From: Lama glama | Lineage: Eukaryota | Direction: 5' to 3' | Length of the DNA stretch: 64,000 nucleotides | NCBI GenBank assembly: GCA_028534125.1 | Contig: CM052847.1 | Span: forward strand, 23,312,001 to 23,376,000 | Part shown: piece after piece, positions 12,201-24,800 of the stretch | How the letters are laid out: every line of letters begins with the position of its first letter | Numbering within the stretch: the stretch's first letter is position 1 | Position numbers and translations under genes: made by a program | Notes under the pieces: model-generated | Told to the model about the DNA's origin: nothing | Databases searched by the model: none | What the model saw: only the letters and a program-made list of their open reading frames with translations

Positions 12201-14319
12201 AACTCAGACACTGTCCCCCCAGCATGTGGCCCCAGAGCTCTTCCAGGCTTCCGCTGCCCCGGACAGCTCCTTCCGTCGATTGTGAATTCCCCAGCTTGGT
12301 CATGGCTCACCTAAAACGGGGACCCATTTGGTTCTTGCCTGTTGCAAACAGTAGCACGCATTGGTTTCCTCCCTGGCAATGCAGTCGGGGGGATAAGAGT
12401 TGTGTGAGATTTGCAGTAGGGGTGGGGACGTGATTCATGGCAAATCATGGAAGGCTTGCATCCTGGGAACTTAGTTCATACAAAGGAGCATCTGTTATTT
12501 TTTTGAAGAGAAACACCAGCCAACTCTAAACCTTTTTTTCTTCTTTGGGATTTTAAAATGTAAACCTTAACTTGGCTTTTTCTTCATTCTTGGTTATATT
12601 TTCAGTTGTCATTATTTAATTTAATATAAAACTTGTAAATGGTGCTAAATTGGCAGTCGTTGACGCTGAAAGCTGTTGTCGTCAGAACAGGGGTCACGTG
12701 GTAGATGACCCTGCACTGCCACCCTGTCATGGCACCAACCAAGACCTCTTTTGGGAAGATGCAGCCCTAATTTCCTGTGAGGTACTTTTCCGTAGAGCCA
12801 CCTCCTTAGGCAGTGGGCTTCCCCGTGGGACATCCGACTTCTCCCAGGAATGTTGAGGGTGCAAGGCAACCAGTAACCTAAGGATAAATCCCACTACTTC
12901 ATGGACCCCTGTGACATTCATGTTTGTCGTGACAGCGAGTGGAAAATACAAAGTGTGTAGCTGAAAAGCAGTGGCATTTCTCCCGAGGTGAAAGGTGCCG
13001 TGTTCCAGCGTTTGGGCTAGATTTCTAGACACCAGTCTTGGAGGTCTCTCTGTATTGACCCAGCTTTGTCGCATTCTCCTCTCTGGCTCTTCCACTTCAT
13101 GTATCTCTTGCTATTATTTTTAGACCTTACTCAGAAGGAACACAGTTAAGGGACGAGATGTGTAAGCTCAGCCTGTCCACCACATGAGGGCCCGGTCCTG
13201 GCACAGCAGGACAGGGCTGGAGCCAGCCGGACAGCCGCCTGGCAGCCTCCCTCAGCGAGGCCCCCGCATGTTGATTCCCAGGGTGGTTGCGGCCACCCGG
13301 GACCCTGGGAGTAACACCAGGCACTGGTAATTCTGTCCCAATGCCTTGTGACCGGCTCTCCCTCCCTCTGGGTCCCTCCCGCCAGGCATGTGTTCCGTTT
13401 GGGTGGGAGTTCTGTATCTTCCCACACGTCGCCACCGGGTCCCCGGTGTTCCTTAATGGCCCTGAAGGTTCTGGGCTCTTCTGTCCACATGTTCTCCTCC
13501 CGCATGACCAGCTGCTCCTTGAGGCTCCTTTCTGCACATGGGACAGTGTTCTCCACAGCTCCCCACTGGCTCACTCACGCTCCTTGGAAGCTCCCCACCT
13601 AATAAAAGTGTCTGGCCTGGGCTTGCTGACCTGACGCTCCCGGCCATTTCGCCCGCTGCTTAAGGAAAGGTCGTTCACCCTGTCCATCCCTGTGAAGTGG
13701 GATGTGATTATGAAGAGCAGTTTTAAACAGCTTGGACAGTCCTCTTCTTCCCGGGAATGTGCGCAAATGAAAGCCTCGTCCTTAGGAGGAACTTTCTCCG
13801 GCTACTTACGTGTTTATAACTTGCAGCTTATTCATGCTTTTCTTTTTGGTATAAAGAATAAGTGTATGTATTTTGGTATCTCTTAGTACCGATTTTGCTA
13901 CTGATTTTCCCTATTAGTGCCTTTCAATCTAAGTGTGCTTTACAATTGCTTCTGCATGTTTGAAAAGTCTACCTTAGATAAACTTGACGATTCATTGTTT
14001 TCTTTCGTAGTTTTTTTCGTTTCGTTTTGTTTTGCCTGTTGCTTGTTTGGAGGTTTGTCTGTTTTCTGACCTCCCTGACTTTTGATGTGGTCCTTCTTAA
14101 AAATATTTTTATTATTATTATTTTTCATAGTATGAGTCCTACAGATTTACTGCTAATTTGTATTGCCCATGACAGGTACACTTAAGTCCCAGAATGACTA
14201 GGTTGATTTTTTCTTTGGAAGTTTTAGCTATTTTTGAGGTCAAATAATTATTTCTTTAAATGTCCTGTTAATACAAGTATTTCTAGATGCCTCTTCAGTG
14301 TTGTGCTTCTTAGCTGGTG

Positions 14320-14495
14320 GGAGGGAAAGGAGAGTGAATGCTAATGGGATGGTGTCTCTTGAGGGGGTGACAAAAAACCTTCTAAAGCTGACTGTGGCGT
14401 TGGTCACGACTCGGTACAGACACTAGCACCCATTTAACTGTACATTTTAAACAAGCGGGTTGTATGGTATATGAACTATATCTTAACAAAGCTGG
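14320..14495 (+). mobile_element. Old L1M 3'-end fragment
   Basis: actgtacattttaaa...tatggtatatgaactatatcttaacaaagctg is a typical L1MB/MC terminus. Confidence 0.65.
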
Positions 14496-14537
14496 TCTGT
14501 TTCTAAAGTCCTCCCTCCTTGTTCTTGTGCTACTCAG

Positions 14538-14661
14538 GGAACGATAGCAAACTCGCTGACTTGTGTCCAGCTGCATAAACGGGCTGAGAAGATAGCCGTG
14601 ATGCTGATGGAGAGGGGACACCTGCAGGACGGGGACCACGTTGCTCTGGTCTACCCGCCCG
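14538..14661 (+). CDS. DIP2C: DIP2C exon: GTIANSLTCVQLHKRAEKIAVMLMERGHLQDGDHVALVYPP(G)
   Basis: actcag|gga ... ccg|gtaaga; GDHVAL motif of AMP-binding domain. Confidence 0.96.
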
Positions 14662-15149
14662 GTAAGAAGCAGGCCCCTGCTAGTGCTGGGTGCCGCTGCC
14701 GTGTTAGCACCAGAAGTGGGCGCCGGCTCCTGCCTGGCTCCCTGTGTCTGCTCACTGTCAGTTGGGCCTGTGCTGCGCGCTGTACGACTGGTAACGGGGG
14801 CACAGGTAAAGCAGTAATTTTACACAGATTTTTCTATCTAGATTTGTTTTATTAGATATTTGAGGGAGTTCGTTTAATCCGTAGTTCAGAGTTGAGTAGT
14901 CCTGAGAGAAACGACAGCAAGTAGCTTCTTGGCTGCTTTGGCATCTTGTGCCTAAAAAGAAAAGGACCGAGCGGAAGTCGTCCCCGCAGTTTAACAAACC
15001 TGCGAGGTGAGGAAAGGGTCTGTTAAAGGCCTCCGTTACCCGTGAGCCGTCTGGCTTTTTCCAGGACGGTGGTTCTGCTGACGGGCACAACAGCCATTAA
15101 ACAGCTGGATTTGTTTCAAGTGAGAACTTTTGCTTTTCCCCCCATGTAG

Positions 15150-15271
15150 GAATAGACCTCATCGCTGCATTTTATGGCTGCCTGTACGCAGGGTGTGTGC
15201 CGATAACCGTCCGTCCTCCACACCCGCAGAACATCGCAACCACGCTGCCTACAGTGAAGATGATCGTGGAG
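15150..15271 (+). CDS. DIP2C: DIP2C exon: IDLIAAFYGCLYAGCVPITVRPPHPQNIATTLPTVKMIVE
   Basis: atgtag|ga ... gag|gtaacg; translated by hand, not in the ORF track. Confidence 0.95.
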
Positions 15272-16088
15272 GTAACGTGGCCTGAGTGTGGGCCTGCAGG
15301 TCACAGCCTGGGCTCTCACGGCAGGGCCAGGCGCGGGTGTGGGGTCGCATGAGAGCCTGCAGTCACAGCTCCTTCCCTCAAGGAGCTCACCATCTAGTTC
15401 TGTGAGCAAGACTGAGACTTGTGCCTGGAAGTGAGAACTAGCGGGCAGCTTTGCCATGGTGCTGCGGAATCGAGGCAGCTCCCCAGACAGGGCATCCCTG
15501 TGGGTGCTGGGAGTTTCCCCACCAGACCCAAGGAACAGACCAAACCAAACCAGGTGGAGAAGCCATATGTTTTAGAAAGCTCTTTGCTCAAGATTTAGAA
15601 GTGTCCTGTGCCTTTTTGAAAGTACAGGTTTGTTTTAATGTTTTTGGCCTGGGGAAGCTTAAGAGGGTTAGATGTTTTTCCCCTTGAAGGAGGAACCACG
15701 AGGGACGTCACGGCAGATTCTTCTTTGTAGTTGTGTGGGAGGAGCATTGTGGCCGTTACTCCCCATAGAAAGTGTTGAGGGTGTACATGGAAATGTGTCA
15801 CTTCTGGTGGGACAGAGCTGGCGGTGAGAGCAGCGAGTGTGGGTGCTGCTTTCTGAGTGTGGACACCGCTCAGGTCTGGGAACCGCAGGGGCTCGGCCCC
15901 CACCAGCCCTGCTCGTGTGCTTGGTGGTCCAGCTCCTGGCCGCGTGTACCTCTGGTGGCCGACACCAGCCCTTGTGCGGCAGCTGGGTGCCGGGCCGAGC
16001 CCCCTCCAAGCTGCCCGGCCTCCATCTGGAGCTGTACCCACCCCGCCCTTTACCCCCACCTCTCCGCTCTTTGCTCTCTGACCCTCAG

Positions 16089-16200
16089 GTGAGCCGCTCT
16101 GCCTGTTTGATGACAACACAACTGATCTGTAAATTGTTGCGGTCCAGGGAGGCAGCTGCAGCCGTAGATGTCAGGGCGTGGCCCCCCATACTGGACACAG
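16089..16200 (+). CDS. DIP2C: DIP2C exon: VSRSACLMTTQLICKLLRSREAAAAVDVRAWPPILDT
   Basis: cctcag|gtg ... cag|gttggt; within ORF 15837..16217. Confidence 0.95.
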
Positions 16201-16288
16201 GTTGGTCCTCGAACTAGCCCAGTTGTTTGTTTGCTTAAATGTTTCTCTGTTAAGTCAGAGATGCTAACAGCTTTGTTTTGCTCTCCAG

Positions 16289-16398
16289 ATGATTTGCCAA
16301 AGAAGCGGCCCGCCCAGATCTACAAACCTTCCAACCCAGACACGCTAGCCTATCTTGATTTTAGTGTGTCCACAACTGGGATGCTAGCTGGAGTGAAG
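16289..16398 (+). CDS. DIP2C: DIP2C exon: DDLPKKRPAQIYKPSNPDTLAYLDFSVSTTGMLAGVK (P-loop-like A3 motif of FLD2)
   Basis: ctccag|at ... aag|gtgaga; follows an 88-nt intron. Confidence 0.96.
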
Positions 16399-16987
16399 GT
16401 GAGAAATGCAGTCTGCATCACGTGTAGTTAGCAGACCACACGGTGATGGTCAGTTTTCATTCTTACACACATGGGGCTCTGGTGGGGCCTGGCAGCGAAA
16501 TATGGAGAGAGGCACACTTGTGCGTTTTGTTTGAGCCATGAAATGCATGACTGTTTCAGTAGTTAGCGAGGCTGACTGGTTCCTTCTAAATGCTCCAACT
16601 GCTTTGTGAACACAGCCTCACTAGTCTCTGATAAAAAAAAACTGCTTATGTTTTTCTTTCTTGCTGGTTCTCAAATCCCACTATCCTGTCTATTACAAAA
16701 CTCTGTACGCTTGGAGTCCTTGCCTTTTTAACGTGGATCTCATGGTAACTCGCCAGGATGCTGCTCGTTGTGGCCGCAGTGATCCTTCTTCCTGGTGAAG
16801 CTGGAACCCGCTGCGTGTGCCACCAGAACTAGGGCCCTGACAGCTCAGGCGATGTCCTTGTCAAGGGACCGTCAACAAGTTCTCTGCCCTCAGGAATCCC
16901 TTCCCTATTACCTGGCTCCGAGTTCTGACTGCTGAGTTCGCATAGTTTTCCTCATTTAGTTCTCTTACTTCATTGACATTTCCCCAA

Positions 16988-17895
16988 TTTTTAAATTGCA
17001 GCAGAATACGCGTAACATAAATTTACCACTTAACCCACTTAAGCGAACTGTTCAGTGGGTGCTAAATACGTTCAGAATGCTGTCACCACCACTCATTCCC
17101 ACAAGCCATTTCATCTTATGGAGCTGAATCTCTTTCCCACTAAACACTGACTCTTCCCTCAGCAACATCCGCTCTGTTTTTTGTCTGTTTTTGGTTGTTC
17201 TGGGCACCATACGTATGTGGACTCATACATGTCTTCTCACATCTGCTTATTTTACCGAGTGTGGTATCTTCAAGTTTCATCCACATTGAAGTATATATCA
17301 ACTCCTTTTTAAGGCTGCGTTCCTATTTCACGGTACATACAGACCACATTTTGCTATCCGTTCACCCGTCAACAGACACTTGAGTTGCTCCCACATTTTA
17401 GCTGTTGTGAGTGATGCTGCTGTGAACGTGGGTGCACAGACGTCTCTTCAAGACCTTGCGCAGTTCGTTTACATGCATTCCCAGAAGTGGAGTTGTTGGG
17501 TCAGAGGGTAGTTATGTTTTTAATTTGGGGGGGTTGCCATACTGTTTCTCACTGTAGCCGTCCCATTTTACTGCCTCACCAGCAGTGCACAGTTGCAGTT
17601 TCTCCACATCCTTGTCAGCACTTAACTTATTTTCTGTTGTTTTTTTCAGTAGTGGTCATCCTAATGGATGTGAAATAGCATCACATTGTGATTTTGATTT
17701 GCATTTCACTGAAGATTGGTGATGCTGAGCATCCTTTCATGTGATTATTTGCCATTTGTATCTTTTCTTTGAGAAATTTCTGTTCAAGTCCTTTGCCATT
17801 TTGAATGCATTGTTTCCTTGTTGAGTTTTATAAATTCCCTATGTATATGGGCATCACTCCCTTGTCAGATAAACGATTTACAAGTATCCCTGCAG
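16988..17895 (-). mobile_element. L1MB-like LINE 3' fragment
   Basis: Antisense L1 3' UTR/ORF2-end text (e.g. ccatactgtttctcactgtagc, tctccacatccttgtcagcac, gatgctgagcatcctttcatgtg). Confidence 0.8.
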
Positions 17896-18454
17896 GATGT
17901 CCTAGTGCTTCCCAGGTCTGCTTCTGGAGCACGCTCCTGCTCACGGCAGCTAGTGTGAGCCGAAGTGTGCCCCAGGCGTGGGCACTCCACGCCAGCCAAA
18001 GCAGGACCGTGGTGGCAGGGAAACCTGCTAAAAGCGTCACAGACACATCCTTAAAATAAATATCCTGGCCTCATCCCTGACTCCTCCACCTGCTCTCAGG
18101 GATGTGTCTGCTCTCAGTGTCTCCTTCAGAGCAGTGTTAGAGTTTGTTGTTTTGGGCTTTTGGAAAACTAATTCTTTATCCAAGTACAAGGTTGCGGGAG
18201 TCTCTCTTACTAAAAGATTCTGGAAAGGCATTCCAGCTTGGGCTCTGTGATGTTGACAGGTCCAAGATTGGAATGAACTCAGGGATCAACATTCACCTTT
18301 CCTAGTTGCTTTTTTCTTAACCTGTTAGCTTTCTGGTCACTACACTGAAATCCTTGCCCCTGAGAGCCCAGACACCTCTGAGCCCCACCCCCGGGGGGTG
18401 AGGATGGCCCTCTGTTGTCTCTGACCTGGTACTCGCCGGCCCTGCAGTTGTCAG

Positions 18455-18590
18455 GTCTCCCAACTTCCCAGTAGATGGCAAGCTCCTGAGGGCAGAGGCC
18501 ACGTCCTCCTTTCCACATCCCAGTCGCTGACCCGGTGCCCGACGCACACAAGTGCTCTGGCAGCATGTTAGTGCCTGCTGAGCTGAGCTG
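18455..18590 (+). mobile_element. L2 3'-end fragment
   Basis: tagatggcaagctcctgagggcagaggcc... matches the L2 tail pattern. Confidence 0.55.
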
Positions 18591-19817
18591 GAGTTCATTT
18601 CTCAAGCTGTGAGTGGCACCTGCACCAAGCAGGGTTCACTGAAGGTCTGTTTCAGATGCTGATCTGAGAATGTGGATCGTTCTGGCAGTTGGGATCTTAC
18701 TGACTCCTCCTGATGCTGCAGGCAGTAGGTTGGAGGAATGTTTGATAAACCTAGCCTTGTTTCTTCTTTAAACAAGTGTTGTGGCTTTGAAAACAAACTG
18801 AAAAGAACTGCTCATGTGTTAGATTGTAGAGTAATCTTACATTGCCTTGTATGAACTCAGTAAAATATCCACGACGAAGCTGTCTTCTGGGCAGGGCTTC
18901 GCACAGCGACCCGACAAGCGAGGATGCACGTCTCTCCGCAGCTCTGGGTCTCTCTTCTCTTTCCCTGCAGTGGCTGGTGAGCGCTCTCCCATGCCTGTGG
19001 CTGGATTCCCGGGACTCTGTGCTGCCCCACCTTGGTCCCTTCCACAGCCCAGCCCTGGGGGGGGCGCGCACGCCGCACTGGCGGGAGCGTGTTCAGGACC
19101 GTGAACTTGTGCTACCTTGACTCTCCCCACCTCCCCGGATCCTACTGACTAGAAAGCCTCTGTGAGAAAGCTGGTTTTCATTGGCTTCATTTTGCAGTGC
19201 TCTAACAGAATTCCCATCACATACTGACTGTAGTGGGACTGGTTCTTGGGATCGGAGAGGCTCTTTCCTGTGGCCTCACGGAGAGGGAGTGAGGTTGGGT
19301 CTTGCTGCCGTCGGATGGTCGGCACGCCTCAGTGCACAGGCGTGTGTGGTCTGCAGCAGACCTTTACCTTTTGAGCCTCGTTTCCTGATCCTTGAGACGG
19401 GAGTCGGACGTGCAGTGCACTCTGCTGGCGCCCCTGTGGCACAGCGGGTGCGGTGCTGGTGGGCCGCGGAGAGGGATGCAAACGCTCGTGCACCCCCGAC
19501 TTCATGGGGTGCAGGGGCCGTTGCAGCAGGACCGCCACTCAAGTGCAAGACGTCCTCACTTCGCTTCCTAGGGTTTCTAGGTGCCGAGGGACCCGGAAGG
19601 TTTGCTTGTGGTTTGCTGGTTGAAAGTGAGAAGACTAATGAGAATGCCAGCAGCCCACTCTCTGCTAACAGAGCCAAAGCTTGGCCACAGTGGCCCTCTG
19701 TTCTGGAGTCACCTGTGGGCGTCGGACGCCAGGTCCTGTGCACCTGGTGTGGCCTGTTCTGTTCCAGGTGTCCCTGAGTGGGTGTCTGTGCACTGATGCG
19801 GCCTTGCTGTCTTGCAG

Positions 19818-19948
19818 ATGTCGCACGCAGCCACCAGTGCCTTCTGCCGTTCCATTAAGCTGCAGTGTGAGCTCTACCCCTCTAGGGAAGTGGCCATCTG
19901 CTTGGACCCTTACTGTGGACTCGGGTTTGTGCTCTGGTGCCTCTGCAG
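19818..19948 (+). CDS. DIP2C: DIP2C exon: MSHAATSAFCRSIKLQCELYPSREVAICLDPYCGLGFVLWCLC(S)
   Basis: ttgcag|atg ... cag|gtgagt; translated by hand. Confidence 0.95.
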
Positions 19949-20244
19949 GTGAGTTTCCTCTTGTGGGTCTTTACAGTGATAAACACACCACACAACCTTT
20001 TCCACACCACTTGTGGAGGAATGCTAGTGTCTGGGGAGGGCCGCCGCCTGCAGGAGGGGCTGCTTGCAATGGGGCCTCCCCTCAGCCCTGCTCCCAGGGT
20101 GCCGGGGAGCGCTGGCTGTGGTCTCCACGTCCTCCGTGGAGCTGCTGAGGCCAGCAGAGATGCAGTCTGCACCCATTCCCAGAAGCTGTCTGTGGGGAAT
20201 CCATCAGGAGATAGTTTATCAAAAATAGCAAAAACCAATAATTA

Positions 20245-20990
20245 CTTGAAAAGATTCTTAACGCTTACTAGGAAAGGCAGACTAAAGCCAGTGAGATACC
20301 ACTTCACACCCACTGAAGGCTGTAACCAGAAAGACAAAAAGTAATGAAGTTAGAAGACTCAGATTCCACGCTTTCAAAACTGTGCTGTAAAGCATGGTAA
20401 CCAGGGGTGTGCAGAAACTGCAGTTCTCACACATTGTCATGGGAATATAAAATAGTGAAACCACAGTTTAGCATGTCCTTAAAAATTAAACAGATCTACC
20501 ACATGACCAAAAAGTTCCTCTCCTGGGTATCTACCAAAGAGAAGGGAAAACGTATGTCCATACAGGCTAGAGGCTTGAAATGTTAATAACAGCCTTCATT
20601 AAAAGAAAACAAAAGGAAATAATCCAAATATCCACCAGCTGGTGGATGGGTTTGTCGTACCCACACAGTGGGATTCAGCTACAGCATGGATGGACTTCAG
20701 AAGCATTGTGCCACGTGAAGCGCGTATGATGTGATTGTATCACATGGTGCCGTTGATGGAAATGTTCAGAAAAGGCAGATCCGTAGAGATGGAGAGCCGG
20801 CCGGCTGACTGGCCAGAGCTGAACGCGGGGCTGACTGCAGGGAATCGAGGCACACCTTAGGGGGACGGAGTGTTTCACAGCTGCGTTGCGGTGGCTGTGG
20901 GGACCAAGTTCTTTCAGTTCTCTGCTGAAAACGGGCAGGTTTATGTTACGCAGATTACATCTAAGTAAAAGAATTTTTAAAAAGAAAACA
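20245..20990 (+). mobile_element. Old L1M (MB/MC/ME-type) 3' fragment
   Basis: gagataccacttcacacccact, ttcctctcctgggtatctaccaaaga, A-rich tail. Confidence 0.75.
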
Positions 20991-21244
20991 CCTTTCCTTG
21001 CGGTAGCTGGAGTGCAGGGTGCCCACACGAGCCTGCCAATTCAGGAGGCTGACCCACGTGACACCCGCAGGGTGACGTGTGATCGTGAGTCACACGACTG
21101 CCTTGCTCAGGGTGCCCAAGCTGCAGTAGTACCTATCTTTGTATGATTCGTTAGGCTAACACTCTGAAATCATTGAATCGTTCCAAATGTGCAAATTTAT
21201 GTTAGTTACCAAAATGTCTTTTTTCCTCTCCTGGTCAACCGTGT

Positions 21245-21885
21245 TTTATTTTTCTTTTTTCATCTAGACTGTATTCTTCAGAACAGTATTAGGTTCCCAA
21301 CAAAACTAAGTGGAAGGTACAGAGATTTCCCATACATGCCCTGCCCCCAACAGCTTTCCCCATTATCGACATCTCCCGCCAGAGCGGTACATTTTCTACA
21401 ATCTAGGAACCTACATTGACGCATTACCATCCCAGAGTCCATAATTTACATCGGGGTTCACGCTTGGGGTTGCACAGAGCCCAGAAATAGACCCATGTGT
21501 GAACAGTCAACTGGTCTTCACAGAAGCTCAAAGGCAGTACAGTGGAACAAAGACGATCTTGTCAACACGTGTTGCTGGAACAACTGGACATCCACATGGA
21601 AAAAAATGAATCTAGATGCAGATGTTACAGCCTTCACAAAAGTCAGCTCAGAATGGACCATAGACCTGAATGTGAAGCATGAAGCTATGCAGCTCCTGGA
21701 AGGTCACCTAGGAGAGGTCTCGGCGAGCTTGGGCTCAGCAGTGCCCTCTTATACATGACACCAAAGGCATGGCCCACAAAAGAAGGAGCTGACAGGCAGG
21801 ACATCGCTAAAATGACACGTTTCTGTTCAAGACCCTGTTGAGAGAACAGAAAGGCAGGCCACAGCCTGGAGAAAGCGTTTCCAAA
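21245..21885. mobile_element. L1MC-like composite: antisense 3' end (21245-21475) joined to a sense ORF2 fragment (21476-21885)
   Basis: ORF 21495..21758 (LVNTCCWNNWTSTWKKMNLD...TKVSSEWTIDLNVK) is degenerate L1 ORF2; the left part matches the reverse complement of an L1MC terminus. Confidence 0.7.
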
Positions 21886-24800
21886 GAGCTCTTTAAATTA
21901 TTTTACTGCTTTTGAAGTTAAGAGCTAAACTAGGATAGCTCAGGTTCCAGAAAGTCACAGGAGATACTCTTCACTGTGCGCAGCCGGCCGTTAAGTGTGT
22001 GTGGGGGGGTGTTCGTTGCCAAGAGATCAGTGTTGGTTAATAAAGGAAACAACGAGTCAATTTCTGTTGGATTAAGCCAAAAACAGGCAAGTAGAAAACT
22101 GATGAGTCAGATTTTCTGTTTGTCCTCAATTATTAGGATTTAATGATTTTTTTTTAACGTTGACTTCCATCCTCCTTAGGAGCGTGAGGAAGGAGGTGAA
22201 GCTGTGTCTGATTTTCACAGGTGTGCTTCTGTTCTCCAGCCGTGAGCTCCAGCCCTCTCATGTGCTGACGGTCTGATCAAGGACGTCACTTACCCTGATG
22301 TATGTTCTTGAGAAAGCTGGCAGTGGGTGATCTGTATTTTGCTTTCTTCATCTTGGACCTCCTCATGATGGTATTTACAAAGTAAAACGCTGGGAATCAC
22401 ATGAAAGTGATAGGCAGTCATAATGAAGAAGACTGTTAGCACTGTTGACTCCCTGAGATACGGGGCTCCAATGTCATTAACTGGATTTGGTCCCAGCCTG
22501 AAACTGTAAAATCCTGGATGACAGAGTAGCTATGTAAATTGGCACTGCAATAAAAGTCATGCAGGGAAATGCAATTCAGGTGTTACTGTTAACCCTGATT
22601 CATGAACGGGTTGAGTAACACTTGATGCTGACAGAAAACCGTGCCCCAACACTTCCCAGTGGTAAAAGGCATGTTTCCCGGTGGATAATTACGATTTATA
22701 TGTCATGTGATGCTCAGGTTTGTTAGATTTTGGGCTGTTAACCTGGTGTTACGATCCCATTTTTGACTCAGGATGTTCTTTTAATAACCATTCCGCAGAG
22801 GTAAATTTTCCATTATTTTTATTTCTTCCTGCTTAATGCTGCCTCGAGGCTTCTGATTGCAGTTTGCTCTAACTCGGGGTCATGCAGATGTGGTGTGCAG
22901 ACTGATTCCTGAGGACCGTGCTGCCAAGGGCAGAGGGTCAGACTGCCCCTGTGGAGCAGAGCAGAGCACAGCCTCCGGGGAGCCGTCCTCACGGGGACAC
23001 CGGTGCTTGCACCAGGGTTCTCGAGGCAGGGGTCTTTGCGACCGAAGGGAGAGTGCTGGGTCCCTCTTAGCTCTCATGGCCCCTGGAAAAAGACGACGTG
23101 TCCAGACATGGCCCGCAGGACCTCTATGTGAGGGGCAGCCCCGGAAGCACTGTCGGGGCTGAAGGGTGTCAGTTTGTCTTCAGGGCCCGAGGTGTGTTCT
23201 TGGAAGGTTGAGAGCAGTGTGCTGGTGTTCATCTGGCTTTCTCAATTAGATGGCAGCACTGATTTTAAAGCCCCTCAGTGTGGAACACAAGGACTTGCGG
23301 ATGAAAGTTTGTTTTCACAAGCTGCGAGGGCTAAGCTGAACGTGTATGCAAGTGTGTTCGATAGGGTGTTACTTGCAGTAAGCAGTTGTTTGACCAGAGT
23401 GTCAGTATTTTGAAACGTAGCTGTATTTGTTGTACTATTATTTGCTCTCTTGAGTAAGTGATCTTTAAAGGCCTAAATTAATTTCCCAAGGACGAATCTT
23501 AGAGAAAAGTTGACAGAATTTTGAGTTACAGTTATTGGAGTAGGATCTTACTGACTTTTATACATTGACTGTACAAATAATTTTTATGCCTTTCCATGGG
23601 GCTCCATTGGAGTGTGCAGTTTTGTATATTATGTGCCTAACAAAACTTTCACATCAGCAGGATTTCTCAGGAAATGTGGAAGTCTGGGGCGTGATAATCC
23701 CTTCTCCTGATTACTGAGAGCAGTCAGTACGTCCTCAGAGCTCTTTGAAGTGCGTCTGAACTCGATTGAGACCCAGTTCTTACTCTCTTCTAGAGTTTCA
23801 CTTAGTTCTTTAAATATAGGCGTCCCTGTTTTCAGATTATCAAATTTTATTACTCAGAAGGATTAAGTAAAATCCAAAAAATCCCCAAATCCCCACTGAC
23901 AGAATTTCCACCTGATTATCCAGCATGCTTCCTAGAATAACACTTACGTTTCATCCCCACACATTGGTGGTTGGTCGTCTGATGTTTTGATATATTAAAC
24001 TCCAGTAGGAGAATCTAAAGCAAATGTATGACTTAGGTTTTCCAGGACAGGAGTGTGTGTGTGTGACATTCTGTGGGAGCGAGTGTCGTGAGAACTGGCA
24101 GGCGGGGGGAGGGATGCCTGTGTCCTGTGCCTGCCCCGCCCCTGTTAGCCTCCTGGTGTGTTTGCTCCTGTGCACTTCCTGCTTCACAGCTGTGGTCGTA
24201 GTTTGTGTGTGGTTCCACATCCTGCCTTCTCCTTTTAATACTAGAAATGGGAAGCTTTTAGACATGCTTCTTGGATTTAAGTTTTGTGGAACCCGTCTTT
24301 AGAACCCAAGTTAGAACATGTCTGCCAGTAAATCCCTTTCATTCCCTGAAAGGACTGCATTGTTCACAGTGCTCCAGACGGGGAGCGTAGCACCCCTGGA
24401 AAGCCAGTGTTTCCATTTGCGAACCAGAAAGGTCCTCGTGAGGTGGGGTTGGCGGGAGAGGTTTGTCGGGGTCACACCTGTGGAGGTGAAAAGGAGCAGA
24501 GGATTGGACAGGGTGCGCCCGGGAGCCAGCCCCATGCAGAGCTTCTGAGCGAGGGAGTGAGGACCACGGGTTGGGTAGGGGGTCTGCCGGCCAGGCCTCA
24601 AGCCCCCACCTCGCATCACAGGCTGTTCCTTCCTGAAGGGACACCTGAGGGGCTCTCCCGCCCCTCCTCAGCTAAGGCGTTTGTATGAAGGGAAAACATG
24701 GTACTTATTCTGATGTATCCAAAGAGCATGTCAGTTACTTGTATGTACAGACATAGTCTGAGAACCTGCTTTTCGCAGTTCTTGCTTGTGATCTTCACTT

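Noticed and set aside
13140-13640. Possible ERVL/LTR relic with AATAAA near 13601 (intronic polyadenylation)
   Set aside because: I could not match it to a family or find LTR termini; a lone hexamer is expected by chance
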